A stretch of DNA of 64,000 nucleotides, taken from the NCBI RefSeq assembly GCF_009914755.1, contig NC_060929.1; one strand, written 5' to 3'. This DNA is from the human T2T-CHM13v2.0 reference genome, Homo sapiens. The notes under the pieces were generated by a model. The model saw nothing but the letters and a program-made list of their open reading frames with translations. It was not told the origin of the DNA and searched no databases. A program made the translations under genes and the position numbers. Of the stretch, positions 1 through 54,439 are shown piece by piece. Numbering within the stretch: position 1 is the stretch's first letter; every line of letters starts with the position of its first letter.

Positions 1-233
1 GGAGGAGTAATAGAACAGAGGCCTACAGGTGAGTGGCTGCGGGAGGAGATGGGGCCTTGACCTTTGGAGGCTGTAGCCAGCCATTGCTGTGAAGATGCAG
101 ACAGAAGCCAGGGATCCCATGCCCCAAGTCCAACTCCCTGTGCCCCAGAGCACAGAATGGTCTGGTGAGCGTACAGAGAGGGTGGCCAAGCACAGGGAGA
201 GGCAGTGGATGTAACTCTTGGGGTCTCTGTACC

Positions 234-32864
<32,631 letters not shown>

Positions 32865-33679
32865 TCAGAGGGCACGCGGAGTCCGCGCCGCCGCACTAGC
32901 CCCCGAGGCCGCCTGCGCCATTTTGAATAAGGTCACCACCCGGAGTTCGCTGGGAGAAAAACTTGGTGGGGAGACGCCCTTCCCCCCCTACGCGGGACGG
33001 GAAGGATGCAACCTGCTGGAGGAACGCGTGTAATGCGGTGGTAATCGCGCTGCACCACCCTAGCACTTAATAATTGCCTGTTAAATGGATGAGTGAATTA
33101 ATTTCTATAGTGTTACAATACTTTCACACCCATCGTCTGACTCCTTCCGACAGCACAGCGAGGCAGGTACGGATCATTCCCATTTTGCAGGTGAGAAATA
33201 TTGAGGCAACATAAAGGCCTGGAAAAGGTTGCTGTACATCATTTTGTTGGAACTCCTGGGCTCGTGGACGGCCTGAGTTGAAAGGGACGAAGGTCTTTAT
33301 TTGCAACATATGGTCTACTGGGAGTCCAGCGTTCTGTGCTTGGGACAGTGGGACTCAAACCCGACTCCTTGTTCCCGAGTCTGATGGGGAAGGTAGACAC
33401 GTAGGTACATAGTTACAACCGGTGTGATAACGATGAGACGACTAGGTGTTTCCAAAAAAATAGTATGTGCAGGAGAGGATTTTGGAGTGGTACACAAAGG
33501 AGAATTTTTAAAACTTAATAATTATGTATTTAATTGTTAAAAATGGAATTTCCCCCCTCTTTTTGTGAATATACTGTATAATACATGTACATGGCACAGA
33601 TTAAAAAAAAAAAGTTTTGAGTGAAGTCTGTCTCATGCCTGGGCTATGTACTCTGAAATTGTGGTTATATGCAGAGTTG

Positions 33680-36250
<2,571 letters not shown>

Positions 36251-37731
36251 CTATGTATTAGGGCTGGTTAGCTGCTGTAACAAACCAACCTCACATAGCA
36301 AGAGTTTTAACACCTTAGATCTCGTCTACCTCGTGTCGCAGGCCAATGCCTGTTGAAGGGGACTTTGCAGTCACTCAGGGATCCAGTCTCCTTGGATCTT
36401 GTGGCTCTGTCTTCACCTCGGCTCTCAAAGTCCTCTTCATTCATCCAGAGGATGGGAAAGGCAAAAAAGTGAGGGTTGCATGGGACATTTCTATGAGCTG
36501 TACCCAGAAATGAATATACATCACTTTTACTCACGCGCCATTGGGGAGAATTCCACTGTATGGTTCCCCCAGAGGATAATCCTTCCCTCCTACTTCTTCC
36601 TCTCTCCCCAGGCAGCACTGATCTGCCTTCTGTTTCTACAGAATATTTTGCATTTTCATACAGTATGTATTCTGCTTTGCCAGGCATCTTTCCTGCAGCA
36701 TAATTATTTTGATTCATCCATATTGTAGCGTGTTTAGATAGCTCATTCCTTTATACTGCAGAGTAGTATTCCATTGTATGGAAGTATCACATTTTGTATC
36801 CATTCAGTGCTGATGAGCAGTCATGACAAACATTTCTCATGCATTAAATTAGCTTATTATGCTGCTCTGAGAACTGGAAGAAAATATATTTAAAGCCCAG
36901 TACAGGCTGGGCGCAGTGGCTCATGCCTGTACCTCCAACACTGTGGGAGGACCACTTAAAGCCAGGAGTTTGAGACTAGCCTGGGCAACAAAGCAAGACC
37001 CTGTCTCTCCAAAAAAGAAAGAAAGGAAAAAAAAGCTGGCATGGTGGTATGTGCCTGTAGTCCCAGCTACTTAGGAGGCTGAGCTGGGAGGCTTGCTTGA
37101 GCCCAGGAATTCAAAGCTGTAGTGAGCTGTGATCACTGCCACTGCAGTCCAGTCTGGGTGATAAAGCAAGACCCTGTATCTGTAAGAAATAAATAAAGTC
37201 TGGGTGCAGTGGCTCACGCCTGTACTCTCAGCACTTTGGGAAGCCAAGCTAGAAGGATCACTTGAGGCCAGGAGTTTGAGACCAGCCCAATCAACATAGT
37301 GAGACCCTCCATCTCTACAAAAAATTAAAAATTTAGCTGGGCGTGATGGCACTCATCTGTAGTCCTAGCTACTAGGGAGGCTGAGGCATGAGGATCCCTT
37401 GAGCCCAAGAGTTCGAGGCTCCAGTGAGGTAAAAAGATGCTACTGCACTCTAGCCTGAGTGACAAAGCGAGACGCCTTAAAAAAATAAAAATCCCTTAAA
37501 AAAATGAAAATAAAATATATTTAAAACAAGTATACAATGCACAATATAGTGAAATTGTATCACGTACAACTGTTTAAACATGTATTTTGTACATGTTAAC
37601 ATGTGAGAGCAGGATTGGCTTCATAGATACATAACCTGTGCCACCACATAGGGCTCCACGCCCAGAAGGGCTGTGTGCCTGGCTCAGTGCTCTGCTGTCG
37701 CTTCCTTGAAATTCTTTATTCTTTCTTTCTT

Positions 37732-38677
37732 TTTTTTTTTTTTTTTTTTATTGATCATTCTTGGGTGTTTCTCACAGAGGGGGATTTGGCAGGGTCATAG
37801 GACAATAGTGGAGGGAAGGTCAGCAGATAAACATGTGAACAAGCGTCTCTGCTTTTCCTAGGCAGAGGACCCTGCGGCCTTCCGCAGCGTTTGTGTCCCT
37901 GGGTACTTGAGATTAGGGAGTGGTGATGACTCTTAATGAGAATGCTGCCTTCAAGCATCTGTTTAACAAAGCACGTCTTGCACCGCCCTTAATCCATTTA
38001 ACCCTGAGTTGACACAGCACATGTTTCAGAGAGCACGGGGTTGGGGGTAAGGTTATAGATTAACAGCATCCCAAGGCAGAAGAATTTTTCTTAGTACAGA
38101 ACAAAATGAAAAGTCTCCCATGTCTACTTCTTTTTACACAGACACGGCAACCATCCAATTTCTCAATCTTTTCCCCACCTTTCCCCCCTTTCTATTCCAC
38201 AAAGCCGCCATTGTCATCCTGGCCCGTTCTCAATGAGCTGTTGGGCACACCTCCCAGATGGGGTGGTGGCCGGGCAGAGGGGCTCCTCACTTCCCTGTAG
38301 GGGCGGCCGGGCAGAGGCACCCCTCACCTCCCGGATGGGGCGGCTGGCCGGGCAGGGGGCTGACCCCCCCACCTCCCTCCCAGACGGGGCGGCTGGCCGG
38401 GCAGAGGGGCTCCTCACTTCCCCGTAGGGGCGGCCGGGCAGAGGCGCCCCTCACCTCCCGGACGGGGCGGCTGGCCGGGCGGGGGACTGACCCCCCAACC
38501 TCCCTCCCGGACGGGGCGGCTGGCCGGGCGGGGGGCTGACCCCCCCACCTCCCTCCCGGACGGGGCGGCTGGCTAGGCAGAGGGGCTCCTCACTTCCCAG
38601 TAGGGGCGGCCAGGCAGAGGCGCCCCTCACCTCCCGGACTGGGCGGCTGGCCGGGCGGGGGGCTGACCCCCCCCCAA
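37732..38677 (-). mobile_element. 5'-truncated SVA retrotransposon (polyA, SINE-R, VNTR)
   Basis: Poly-T, then ttattgatcattcttgggtgtttctc (SINE-R end), then GC-rich VNTR units ggggcggctggccgggcggggggctgaccccccc. TSD attctttctttctt at 37718-37731 and 38678-38691. Confidence 0.93.
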
Positions 38678-38981
38678 ATTCTTTCTTTCTTTATTTATTT
38701 TTGGAGATGGAGTCTCGCTCTTTCGCCCAGGCTGGAGTGCAGTGGCGCGATCTCAGCTCACTGAAAGCTCCGCCTCCCGGGTTCACGCCATTCTGCCTCA
38801 GCCTCCCGAGTAGCTGGGACTACAGGCGCCCACCACCACGCCGGCTAATTTTTTTGTATTTTTAGTAGAGACGAGGTTTCACCGTGTTAGCCAGGATGGT
38901 CTCCATCTCCTGCCCTCGTGATCCACCCGCCTCGGCCTCCCAAAGTGCTGGGATTACAGGCGTGAGCCACCACTCCCAGCC
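38678..38981 (-). mobile_element. AluY whose tail was hit by the SVA
   Basis: AluY consensus; outer TSD ttgaa(a/g)ttctt at 37706 and 38982. Confidence 0.88.
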
Positions 38982-39125
38982 TTGAAGTTCTTAATGTTTG
39001 AACAAAGGGCCCACATTTTCATTTTGCTCTGGGCACTATAATTTATGTTGCAGGACACAGGACGAGCTACATAAGTTGTATAGTTTTTAACTGTTTTTAG
39101 GGGACATACAAGTAAAAGTTTTTAA

Positions 39126-40397
<1,272 letters not shown>

Positions 40398-42575
40398 CAC
40401 CTTGGCCTTCCAAAGTGCTGGGATTACAGGTATGAACCACCACGCCACTGCAAGTAAAAGTTTTGAAAGCCACTAAGCGCTTGGGCTTTTGGAACCCCAA
40501 ATCCAGGATGGTTTGCAAGGCCTCCTCCTTTCCACCCTGTGACTTAGTCTCCCCTCCCAAGGCAACAGGCATGGAATCCCTAGTTGCTCGCGTGGAGAGG
40601 AAGGAAGGGGAAATTGCAAGGGCAATGTAAACTAGATTACCATTTCAGCATTGTTTCCCATCGGCACAGGTAATGTTGGGTGCTAATGAGCCTCACAGGT
40701 GTGTGCTTCAGCCAGCCCCAGGGAAGTCACTGAGCACCATCTGTCCAATCCCCCTCATCACAGAGGAAAGCAGATCCAAGCCCCTTCCTCTCCTTGAGTT
40801 CTGGAGTTGGACCTCAGCCAGACAGAGGGATTTCTTAGCACTTTTTGAGGGAGGAAACCAACTCTGATCCCCTCTTCCTCAGTCCTCCTCCTTCTAACCT
40901 TGAGAATGGGCTTGCACCTTTGGGCAAAAGGAGTTTAGAGGAGAGGAAATATGGTTGCAGAGGGTGAGAGATGGGGTCGGGTATGAGGGATCTTGAATCC
41001 CAGGGTGAGATTGGACCTTCCTCTAGGGTGATGGAGCTGGGGCACAGAGGAAGAAGGAAATAGGGAAATCCAGGTAAGGCCCTCTGGGGAGGTGAAGCCT
41101 GCTGGACTTTGCCTTGATCTTTTCCAGGCCTAAATGTTATAGTAACTATTATTAAAAGTTTTAATGGTATATTTTTAACAGCTACTCTTTTTCTACGAAT
41201 AGTAAATTGCTACTAGATTGCATTATTAAAGTAAATGGTAATTACTCCTGATTATTACTTAACTGGGCAAGAACAATTAAACCTACACTAAAGGCCCTAT
41301 GAGGGAACACCACCAGGGGAAGGAATAAAACATCACAGACAGTGTTGAAGAACCTGAATTTGCCTGGGGTGTTTAGGAAACAAACCTCCCAAATAAGGGA
41401 GGAGAGACTTCCTATTGTTCACCACTCCGGCTTCATCTGACCTCTAAGTCTTGTTGATTCTGCTTCCAAAATATTTACTCCGGTTAGGATGAATCTCTGT
41501 TCATAAACCCACGTGTGCAAGAAATATAAAGTTTTCTATAACTCCACCTAATTTCCTCTTGGCACTCTGCTGGAGTGACAGAAATTTAATCTCAGCTAAT
41601 TTAGGGTTCCCTGAGGCTGTGCATAAGGGCTCAGGGCCTTATGAGTGTGTGTGTTGGGGGAATCTAGTTCTTAGTGTCATCTGTCCCCACAGGCATTCAT
41701 GGAGAGGTCATTGGTCCCCACTGGTTGGTGCTGAGACCTGGCTCGTTCTTCCCCACAGCTGGCTTTCCTCCTCCAGCCATTCTTGCCTGTGGGAATCTGG
41801 GTGAGGCTATCTAAGGTCTTCTCCTAGACACACCTCATTGGCGTTCCATGCTGACTGTTCCTGCTTCCTGGGATAAGTTCCCTCTGCTCTTGGATTTTGT
41901 GCCCCCTCTCTGGGCCCCTCAGATGTTGTTGTCACTTACCTCCATTCTCTTCTTCACTTCCTTCCTTCCTTTTCTCTAGCCTCCAGAAACCTCTGTTTTA
42001 GGGTCTCTGGAAGACCCTCAAGAGATGGCCCTGTCTCCCTGACCAGGGTTCTAAACACACTGGGAAATGAAGCAAAGGAAAGGCAGATGGAGTCACAATA
42101 TCAGCCTTATTACCAACTAAGTCATGCCCCAGGTCAGAGTATGTTGCTTGGTGTGGGCTGATGACTGAGCCCCCAAGTTAGGCAGACACCCCCCGCAGCC
42201 CCTGAGTTGTGGCAGTACTGGGCTGGGTAGGCCTCCCTCTCAGAATCCCTGTAGGGGCAGTGGGTGTGGACCCATTGTAGGCAGGGAGATCCCAAGAGGA
42301 AGAAGGGCAGAACAGAGCAGATCATGCACCCGATTCTCCAGACGCACTGATCAGAGGACTCATTCTCTCCCCATGATGCAGAAGTAGCAGGCCTGTGGGG
42401 CCCTACCACCTGGAAAGAGTGAGGAATAGGCATCTCTCCTAATCCTTCCTCCCTCTCCTCTTGCTCTTGATGTTTCTTGGAACTTTTCAGCTATGTCTGA
42501 GACTTCTTTTCTCTAAGTCCTTTTGAAACCAAATCCAGAAATATTTTTAAAGATATTTTTATTACAGACCTTTAA

Positions 42576-42944
<369 letters not shown>

Positions 42945-43180
42945 TGAGCCATCGTGCCTGGCTGGCCATTTTTTAAAGAGAAGAGATCTTGCTCTGTCAC
43001 CCAGGATGGACTCATATTCCTGGGTCCAAGCAATCCTCACTTCCCAGGCTCCCACGTAGCTGGGACTACAGGGATGCACCATCTTATCTCGCACATGGCC
43101 TATTTTTTTTTTTTTTTTTGAGACAAAGTCTCGCTCTGTCTCCCAGGCTGGAGTGCAATGACATGATCTCAGCTCACTGA

Positions 43181-43414
<234 letters not shown>

Positions 43415-43734
43415 TGATTCATCTGTACCTCTACCTTCTCTCCCCACGCCTGTGTTGAAACAAATCCAGTGCATCATAACCAGAACTCTTGTTTCTGTTT
43501 TCTGCACCGTCATGTCCCGCCCCTGAGGTGCAATGAGCACAGAATGGACTAGCTATTTGAGAGCGGGGGTGGGAGGGCAGATGTGAATTACTAGAGAAAA
43601 AGAAAAACAAATGGCAACATTAGACAAACGTTATCCTGTTGTTTCCATTTTCCTCACCACTGTTCAAGTTCAGGACTCATCATTTACTTCTGGCAGCAGC
43701 TTGGTAACTAATCTCCTTGCTTCTTCTCCCTTCT

Positions 43735-43925
43735 AGATTACTGGTGTTTCCTCAAGTGACCACTTGTGTCATAAAAACTTGGAAAATGGACTGACATGCA
43801 GATCCGTGGGCCACTCTCCAGCCCCACTGAATCAGACACTTTGAGGTGGATTTCAGGTATTTTTTTTTTTTTTTTACAAACCTCCAGGTGATTCTCAAAC
43901 ACAGTACTGTGGAGAACCACTGTCC
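43735..43925. mobile_element. MER5A-like hAT remnant
   Basis: actgaatcagacactttgaggtgg...aaacctccaggtgattct...gagaaccactg. Confidence 0.65.
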
Positions 43926-44027
43926 AAACCAGTCTTGATGCTGCTCCCAGTGCTATCTTGAAACACTAAGTCTGGCCCTGTCACCCCTGCTTACAACAAC
44001 TCAGGAGGCCCCCTGCCTGAAGAATAA

Positions 44028-44294
<267 letters not shown>

Positions 44295-44766
44295 TGATCC
44301 GCCTGCCTCTGGCCTTCCAAAGTGCTGGGATTACAGGGGTGAGCCACCACGCTCAGCCCAGGCCTGGTATTTCCTTCTGGACTTTGCCTGACAGCAGCAT
44401 CTTTCCCCATCACTCTCCACCTTGAACCCTGGGTTTTAGCCACATCTTACAACTTTGATGTGCTCAACTCTCTGGATTCTCTCCCTTATGCCTCCCAGGG
44501 CTGATAAACTTGTGCTGATCCTTCAAGGACCAGGTCAAGGGTGGCTTCTTCTTTGAAGCCATCTGTGGACTCACTCTGCTGTACATTGTAGTGGAAAGGC
44601 TTGGGAGTCAGACAGAGTTAAGTTAAAAGCTCTGCCACTTGCTAGCTGCGTGACTCCAGGAAAGTCCTCAGTTTCTCTGGGTCTCAGTCTCACCATCTAG
44701 AGAACAGGGATAAAAGTAGTGTCTTGGCTGGGTGTGGTGGCTCACGCCTATAATCCCAGCACTTCA

Positions 44767-45033
<267 letters not shown>

Positions 45034-45211
45034 TTATGGCATTGTGAGATATAAATGGAGACGTTAGCACAGTGCCTGGCACATACAGTAGGGTGTCCAA
45101 AAACAAGAGCACCCTAACAAGAGCCTGGCACAGACAGTTAAAGTCCAGGGCATCTTGAAATGTGGTATGTGGGCAGGCACAGTGGCTCATGCCTGTAATC
45201 CCAGCTACTCA

Positions 45212-45388
<177 letters not shown>

Positions 45389-45391
45389 CTA

Positions 45392-45600
<209 letters not shown>

Positions 45601-46447
45601 TTATTACGGAAAGATAGCGAAGTCGTCACTGCTCTGTTGGACAATAACAGCCTTATCTCAGGGCCCCCTGCCTCCAGACATTTATACCTTCCAGCCCTGC
45701 CATGCACCGCCCCAGAGTGAATTTTCTAATAGATGTCATAATGTAACTGAGGGTTTCAGTAGTTTCCGTTCTGAAATGGCTCTCCACATCCATGCTTCTG
45801 ATGCATAGCCTTTTCTGAGCGCCTGCTGAAATAGGCAAACCAAATAGGAACAATGAGTCCTCATCACTGGACATTAAGAAGGGTCTCACCTACACATCTG
45901 AAAATGCGTGGTCCGGCAGGAAGTCATTCTGATTAGGGCAGAGTGCAGATGGGAAATCTGCTGGTCACCTAACCCACTCACTTCCTGGTCCCACTGATAT
46001 CTCTTGGCTTAGAGTTGGGCCAGGAGACAAGAGCTCTCATGGTCTGCAAGGCACGTGAACTCCAATAGGCTTGAAGCCCACCCCAGGAGCATCTGCAGGG
46101 AATGGGGACCTCACATAGGATCTCACACCCAGAGTGCCCATGACAGGGGGTCTGGATAAAGGTGTGGGGGTGGTTTATTGAAGGATACTTAATTGGAGAG
46201 AAGAGGTAAGTAACAAATTACACCAAAACTTAGTGTGGCTTAAAACAAAAATAAGCATTTATTATTTCATGTAGTTTCTTCAGGCTGGGAATTTGGGAGT
46301 GGCCTAGCTAGGTGGTGGATTGACTCAGCATCTCTCATGAAAGGTGAGGGCAAGATGTCACTCGAAGGTTGGGTGCAGTGGCTCATGCCTGTAATTCCAG
46401 CACTTTGGGAAGCCAAGGCGGGTGGATCACTTGAGGTCAGGAGTTTA

Positions 46448-46771
<324 letters not shown>

Positions 46772-47138
46772 TCACCGTGTGGGCCTCTCCGCATCCTATT
46801 GGTTACACAGACTGACCCTCTTTGGTGTGAAGGGGGACAACACAGGAGCGTGAACACTAGGAAATATGAGTCATCGAGGCCACCTTGGAGGCTGGCTACC
46901 CAAGGGAGGTTGTCTCCAGCCAAGGCAGAGGGGAAGAGGAGTCCTTCCACTCCAGACACAAAATATGATACAAAATGTAGATGCATTGTTCAGCTTCAAA
47001 GGAAGTAAGGGACATCTTCAGGGCCAGGAGAAAGAGGCACATCAGGCCAGGTGCGGTGACTCATGCCTGTAACCCCAGCATTTTGGGAGGCCGAGGCGGG
47101 CGGGTCACAGGGTCAGGAGATCGAGACTGTCTGGGCTA

Positions 47139-47345
<207 letters not shown>

Positions 47346-48607
47346 TCATATTAATTGGCCTGGAGCCCTATTTACTATTCCAAGAATGTCTTTTTTCCCT
47401 CACCTCCCTGCACTGTCTGCAACTCAGGTGCCCGGCCAGTTGGGTGAGGATTTTGCAGGATAGAACCCTGGAAAGCTTGGAGAAGCCCCGGAAGCACTCT
47501 GTTTTTCTCTGGCTGCTTTTGCTGCTGGGGCCCCACGGTGTGGTCAGAGGTCCAGCAGGGCAGCGGGGTGGGGTGGTGGGGGTGCTTTTCTGGTGCAGCT
47601 GGAGTGCCCTTGGGAGGCTGGGGCTCTGTCCTCTTCATTTCTGCCACTCAGTGGCTCTGGGGAGGGAGAAAACAGTAGTAGGGCCCAGGGGATGTGGCTT
47701 GCCTTGGCTGTCTCCTTGAAAGGAAAAGCAGTTCTTCCCTGTGACAGCCTCCAGAGGTTCTCTGATGCTGGGCTGGACGGCATTTGCAGCCTTAAGTTTG
47801 GGAGTAGCTTCCTTTCCCCCATTTCAAAGCCTTCCCTCATTTTCTGACCCAGAAGAGGGGCATTGCTTGGGGAGATGGGAAGAAACTAACCTGGTTACCT
47901 TTTCCTCTGCAGATAAATCTTCACAGCTATTTACAAAGTGACAACCTCTCTCTAAAAATCCTTGCTTGGAGGTCACCTTGTAGTGCTGAGGATTTTCACA
48001 GATAAGATAGCTCTTCAGAGAGCCTGGATCTTGGAAGAGGCATTTTCTCACTGTCTCATCTGGCAAATGATATCCCATATATCAGTGATACCTTTATCTC
48101 CCAGGGGCGAGTCCTCTGGCTGTCCAGCTACTCAGATGCACCCAGGAGCATGCCAATCATATTATCATTATTGGACAATTATTAATTGTTGGACAATTAT
48201 TCATCAGACTGTGAAAATTGGAGTTAGCTAGACCTGCATATCACCTAGAGTGAAAGCCAGAATCCTTACCGGATGCCCTCCTCCTCCTGAGCTCTTCCTT
48301 TCCCCTTTCTCACTGTATCCCAGGCACTTGCCTTCCTTGGTCTCCATACTCCCACCTCAGGGCCTTTGCACATGCTCTTTCCTCTGTAAAGATGGTGGCA
48401 GCTGACCAAGGACAGGAAGTGAGGCTTCTGTGCAGCGTACAGGCAGTCAGGGATGTGTCTGCAGAGAATTTAAAAACAATAACACTGACTAAAAATTGGT
48501 TTGCATTTTTTTTATCATCACCAAGTGCTGGTAATTCTAAGTAGTGTCACTGATGAAACACTCCCCAGGGAAGTATTTTACCAGCTTCTGTTGGTCTAAG
48601 TTATTAA

Positions 48608-48865
<258 letters not shown>

Positions 48866-49150
48866 TGAACTCCTGACCTCAGGTGATCCTCCCGCCTAGG
48901 CCTCCCAAAGTGCTGGGATTACAGGCATCAGCCACCATGCCTGGCTGATAAGTTTTAATAATATACATGTATGCTTCAAATTATTATTTTTTATTTACCC
49001 TTTAATAAACATTGTGTTCTATGTGGAAATTAACTGTGAGAACTCCCAGTCATACAGTTGTCTCCTCCCCAACTCCCCCAAACGGCTTTCTGAAATGAAA
49101 ACAGAGAAACATTCATTTCAAGAGTAAAATTGGCTGGGCGGGGTGGCTCA

Positions 49151-49421
<271 letters not shown>

Positions 49422-49850
49422 TCACACTTGTAATCCCAGTATTTTGGGAGTCCCAGGCAGATGGATCATGAGGTCAGGAGTTCAAGACCAGCCTGGCCAA
49501 GATGGTGAAACCCCATGTCTACTAAAAATACAAAAATCAGCCAGGTGTGGTGGCGCAGGCCTGTAATTCCAGCTACTCGGGAGGCTGAGGCAGGAGAATT
49601 GCTTGAACCCGGAGGTGGAGGTTGCAGTGAGCCAAGATTGCATCACTGTACTCCAGCCTGGACAACAGAGTGAGACTTGATCTCGAAAAAAAAAAGTAAA
49701 ATTGGAGCTGTTTGGAATTGTTTGAGTTATAGTCAAGGGCAGTTTGTGGCTCCAACCCCCTGACAGTACATATTCTTGTGTTTAAAGATTCAGAATAAAA
49801 AATGATAGTATAATGATCTTTCCTTTTTAAATTATGTTTTTATTTGTTAA

Positions 49851-49985
<135 letters not shown>

Positions 49986-50379
49986 TGAGACTACAGCTGT
50001 GTATTACCATGCCTGGCTAATTTTTTTATTTTTTGTAGAGACAAGGTCTCTCTTTGTTGCCCGGGCTGGACTTGAACTCCTGGGCTCAAGCAATCCTCCC
50101 GCCTCGGCCTTCCAAAGTGCTGGGATTGGAGGCAAGAGCCACCACTCCTCGCCTGTATGATGATTTTAAAGACAAAGAAACAGAATTTATTTCATTTCTA
50201 TAATCCTGTATGTGACCACATTTATTTGTATTTAGCATGTAAAACAGTGGGAAAGTGCATATTTTAATTGATATATGAAGTTGTTTTATTGAATTTCAAT
50301 AGTATCTTTTAAAATTGATCTTTGTTTTAAAATTGTTCATTGTTTTAAAAGTAAAAAAAGAATAAAAAGCACATTAAAT

Positions 50380-51877
<1,498 letters not shown>

Positions 51878-51990
51878 GGTTCTTAGTTTTCCCCATCCAG
51901 CTGGGAACAGTGGCTCATGCTTGTAATCCCAACACTTTGGGAGGCTGAGATCGGCCGATCACTTGAGCCTGGGAGTTTGATACCAGCCTA

Positions 51991-52197
<207 letters not shown>

Positions 52198-53289
52198 CTA
52201 TCCTCATTCTTTCCTAAAGTGGCAAGAATAGAGGTGGGACACCCCAGTCCCTGCCTACAGACTTCCTCAGTGTAGCAGATTCTTCACAGCATGTCTGTGG
52301 AGCCATGAACAGAAGACGCAGACTCCTCTCTTTGTGTGTCCCTTCGGGCCCAGGTGTCAAGGACTCCCTTCCATCCTAGATAAATCTCTCCACCTGGGTT
52401 CTGATTCCACTTCCTCCCGCCTTTTTGAGGACCTGGCTTCTTCTATTTTCTCTTCTGTTATCTTAAATCCTGTTTCTGCTACATTTTCTGCCTAAGAATA
52501 TAAATGACCTATCAACCTTTTTTTTTTTTTTTTCTTGAGACAGAGTTTCATTCTTGTCACCCATGCTGGAGTTCAGTGGCGAAGCTCCTGGGAAGCTCCA
52601 CTTCCCAGGTTCAAGTGATTCTCCTGCCTCAGCCTCCTGAGTAGCTGGGATTACAGGCATGCACCACCACACCTGGCTAATTTTTGTATTTTTAGTACAG
52701 ACGGGGTTTCATCACGTTGGCCAGGCTGGTCCCGAACTCCTGACCTCAGGTGAGCCACTGCCTTGGCCTCCCAAAGTGCTGGGATTACAGGTGTGAGCCA
52801 CTGCGCCTGGCCTATCAACCCTATTTTTGACAATGACAATAATGAGGATGGACTATATGGCCCTCCTGTAGGTATAGCCCTTCCTTTCTCCCTGCCTTCC
52901 AAAAAGCAGAAGACACATTCTCACGTCCCTTTCACTCTTGGCTCCTGTTTTCCTCACGCCAAGAAGCTGCTCTGGATTAGCATGAGAGTAAGGTCTTGGG
53001 GGCCTTGGAAACTTCCACCTCCACTGGATCAGCCCTCTCAATGGCTCCAAGGCTGACACTTGCTGCCTTCATGTACCCACATCCCCTGGAGGCCATGGCA
53101 CCACTCTCCTGATTGCCATCCTCCTTTTGAGCTCTCCCTAATCATCCTTCCTCCCCAGGATTCTGCCCACCTCCTCATCCAGCTTGCTCTATTCTCCTGG
53201 CTTTGGAGACAACCTTTGGGTTGGCCACATTGCAGATCTAGCTCCAAGGGAGAGATCTAGAAGGTCAATCTCTCCCTTGACCTTCAGCC

Positions 53290-53877
53290 TGTTAGAAATG
53301 TTGGTTTTTCGGTGCTGTAAAGAAATAGCACTTGAACATAAATTTAATTCCTTCAACAAGGCCATTTTTACTTTTTGCAGAAAGGATACACTCGCCAGCA
53401 CTTTTGCCACGAGAGTACACTGAACAAAGGAGACAGGGTCATCTATAACCTGACGCGTCCACCTTCCTGCTGTGTCCGGTTTTTATTGGCTGGAACGGGA
53501 CCTCACATTTTGTATTTGTCCTGATTGGCTAGTAACTTAGAACTTTTTAAAAGAGGCAAAGGCAGAGGAGAACAAAAGAAGGAGGAAGTAACTTGTGGAA
53601 TGCTGAGAAAGGTAAAAACACCTTCAAATAAGGAAGAGGAACAGGCTATGACCTAATGCTTGCTTGGACCAGTATAAGCATGCCGGGGCAAATATTTAGG
53701 CTAAATTGTGGGAGCTAAAAACATAAAGTACATTGATTTCTTTATTACGGCTAGCAGATATTTAAGATGTTAGCACAGGTCTTTGAATAAATTTTGCTTC
53801 TAAGAGAAGTTACTATTTATTCCTAATTAGATGGGAAGGAAAGTCTTTGAAGAAGAACCTCTACTTTACTTTTTACA
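53290..53877 (-). mobile_element. Solo LTR10C-like ERV1 LTR (588 bp)
   Basis: Minus strand reads tgtaaaaagtaaagtagaggttcttcttcaaagac...ttctaaca; TSD AGCC at 53286-53289 and 53878-53881. Confidence 0.82.
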
Positions 53878-54148
53878 AGCCCTACCCAGCAGTCCTATTT
53901 TTCTCTTCTCAGATATCATTCCCTTCAGTGGCTACTTGAAGACGTCATTCTGCCTAAGATCCCTAAACTGCTCCCCCTTATTCTTAGTGGGCCATATCAG
54001 AGGGAAATGTCACCTGCCTGCCTGTGATACTCTCCCAAAGCTAACTGAGCTCACACATCTTTGCCTGCTTTTCACCTGGCCAAAGCCAGTGCCCCACCTG
54101 TGAACTGATCTTTTGTTCACTTGAGGCCACATGAAACTTGAAACATGA

Positions 54149-54439
<291 letters not shown>

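Larger units (their letters stand above)
37610..39055. mobile_element. MER91A-like hAT element hosting an AluY and an SVA
   Basis: caggattggcttca...tgctctgctgtcgcttccttgaaattctt | ...tttgaacaaagggcccacattttcattttgctctgggc resembles the MER91A consensus, split by the insertions. Confidence 0.6.

Noticed and set aside
38250-38675. GC-rich tandem units resembling a repeat-spacer array or second CpG island
   Set aside because: This is the SVA VNTR; not CRISPR and not a promoter island.
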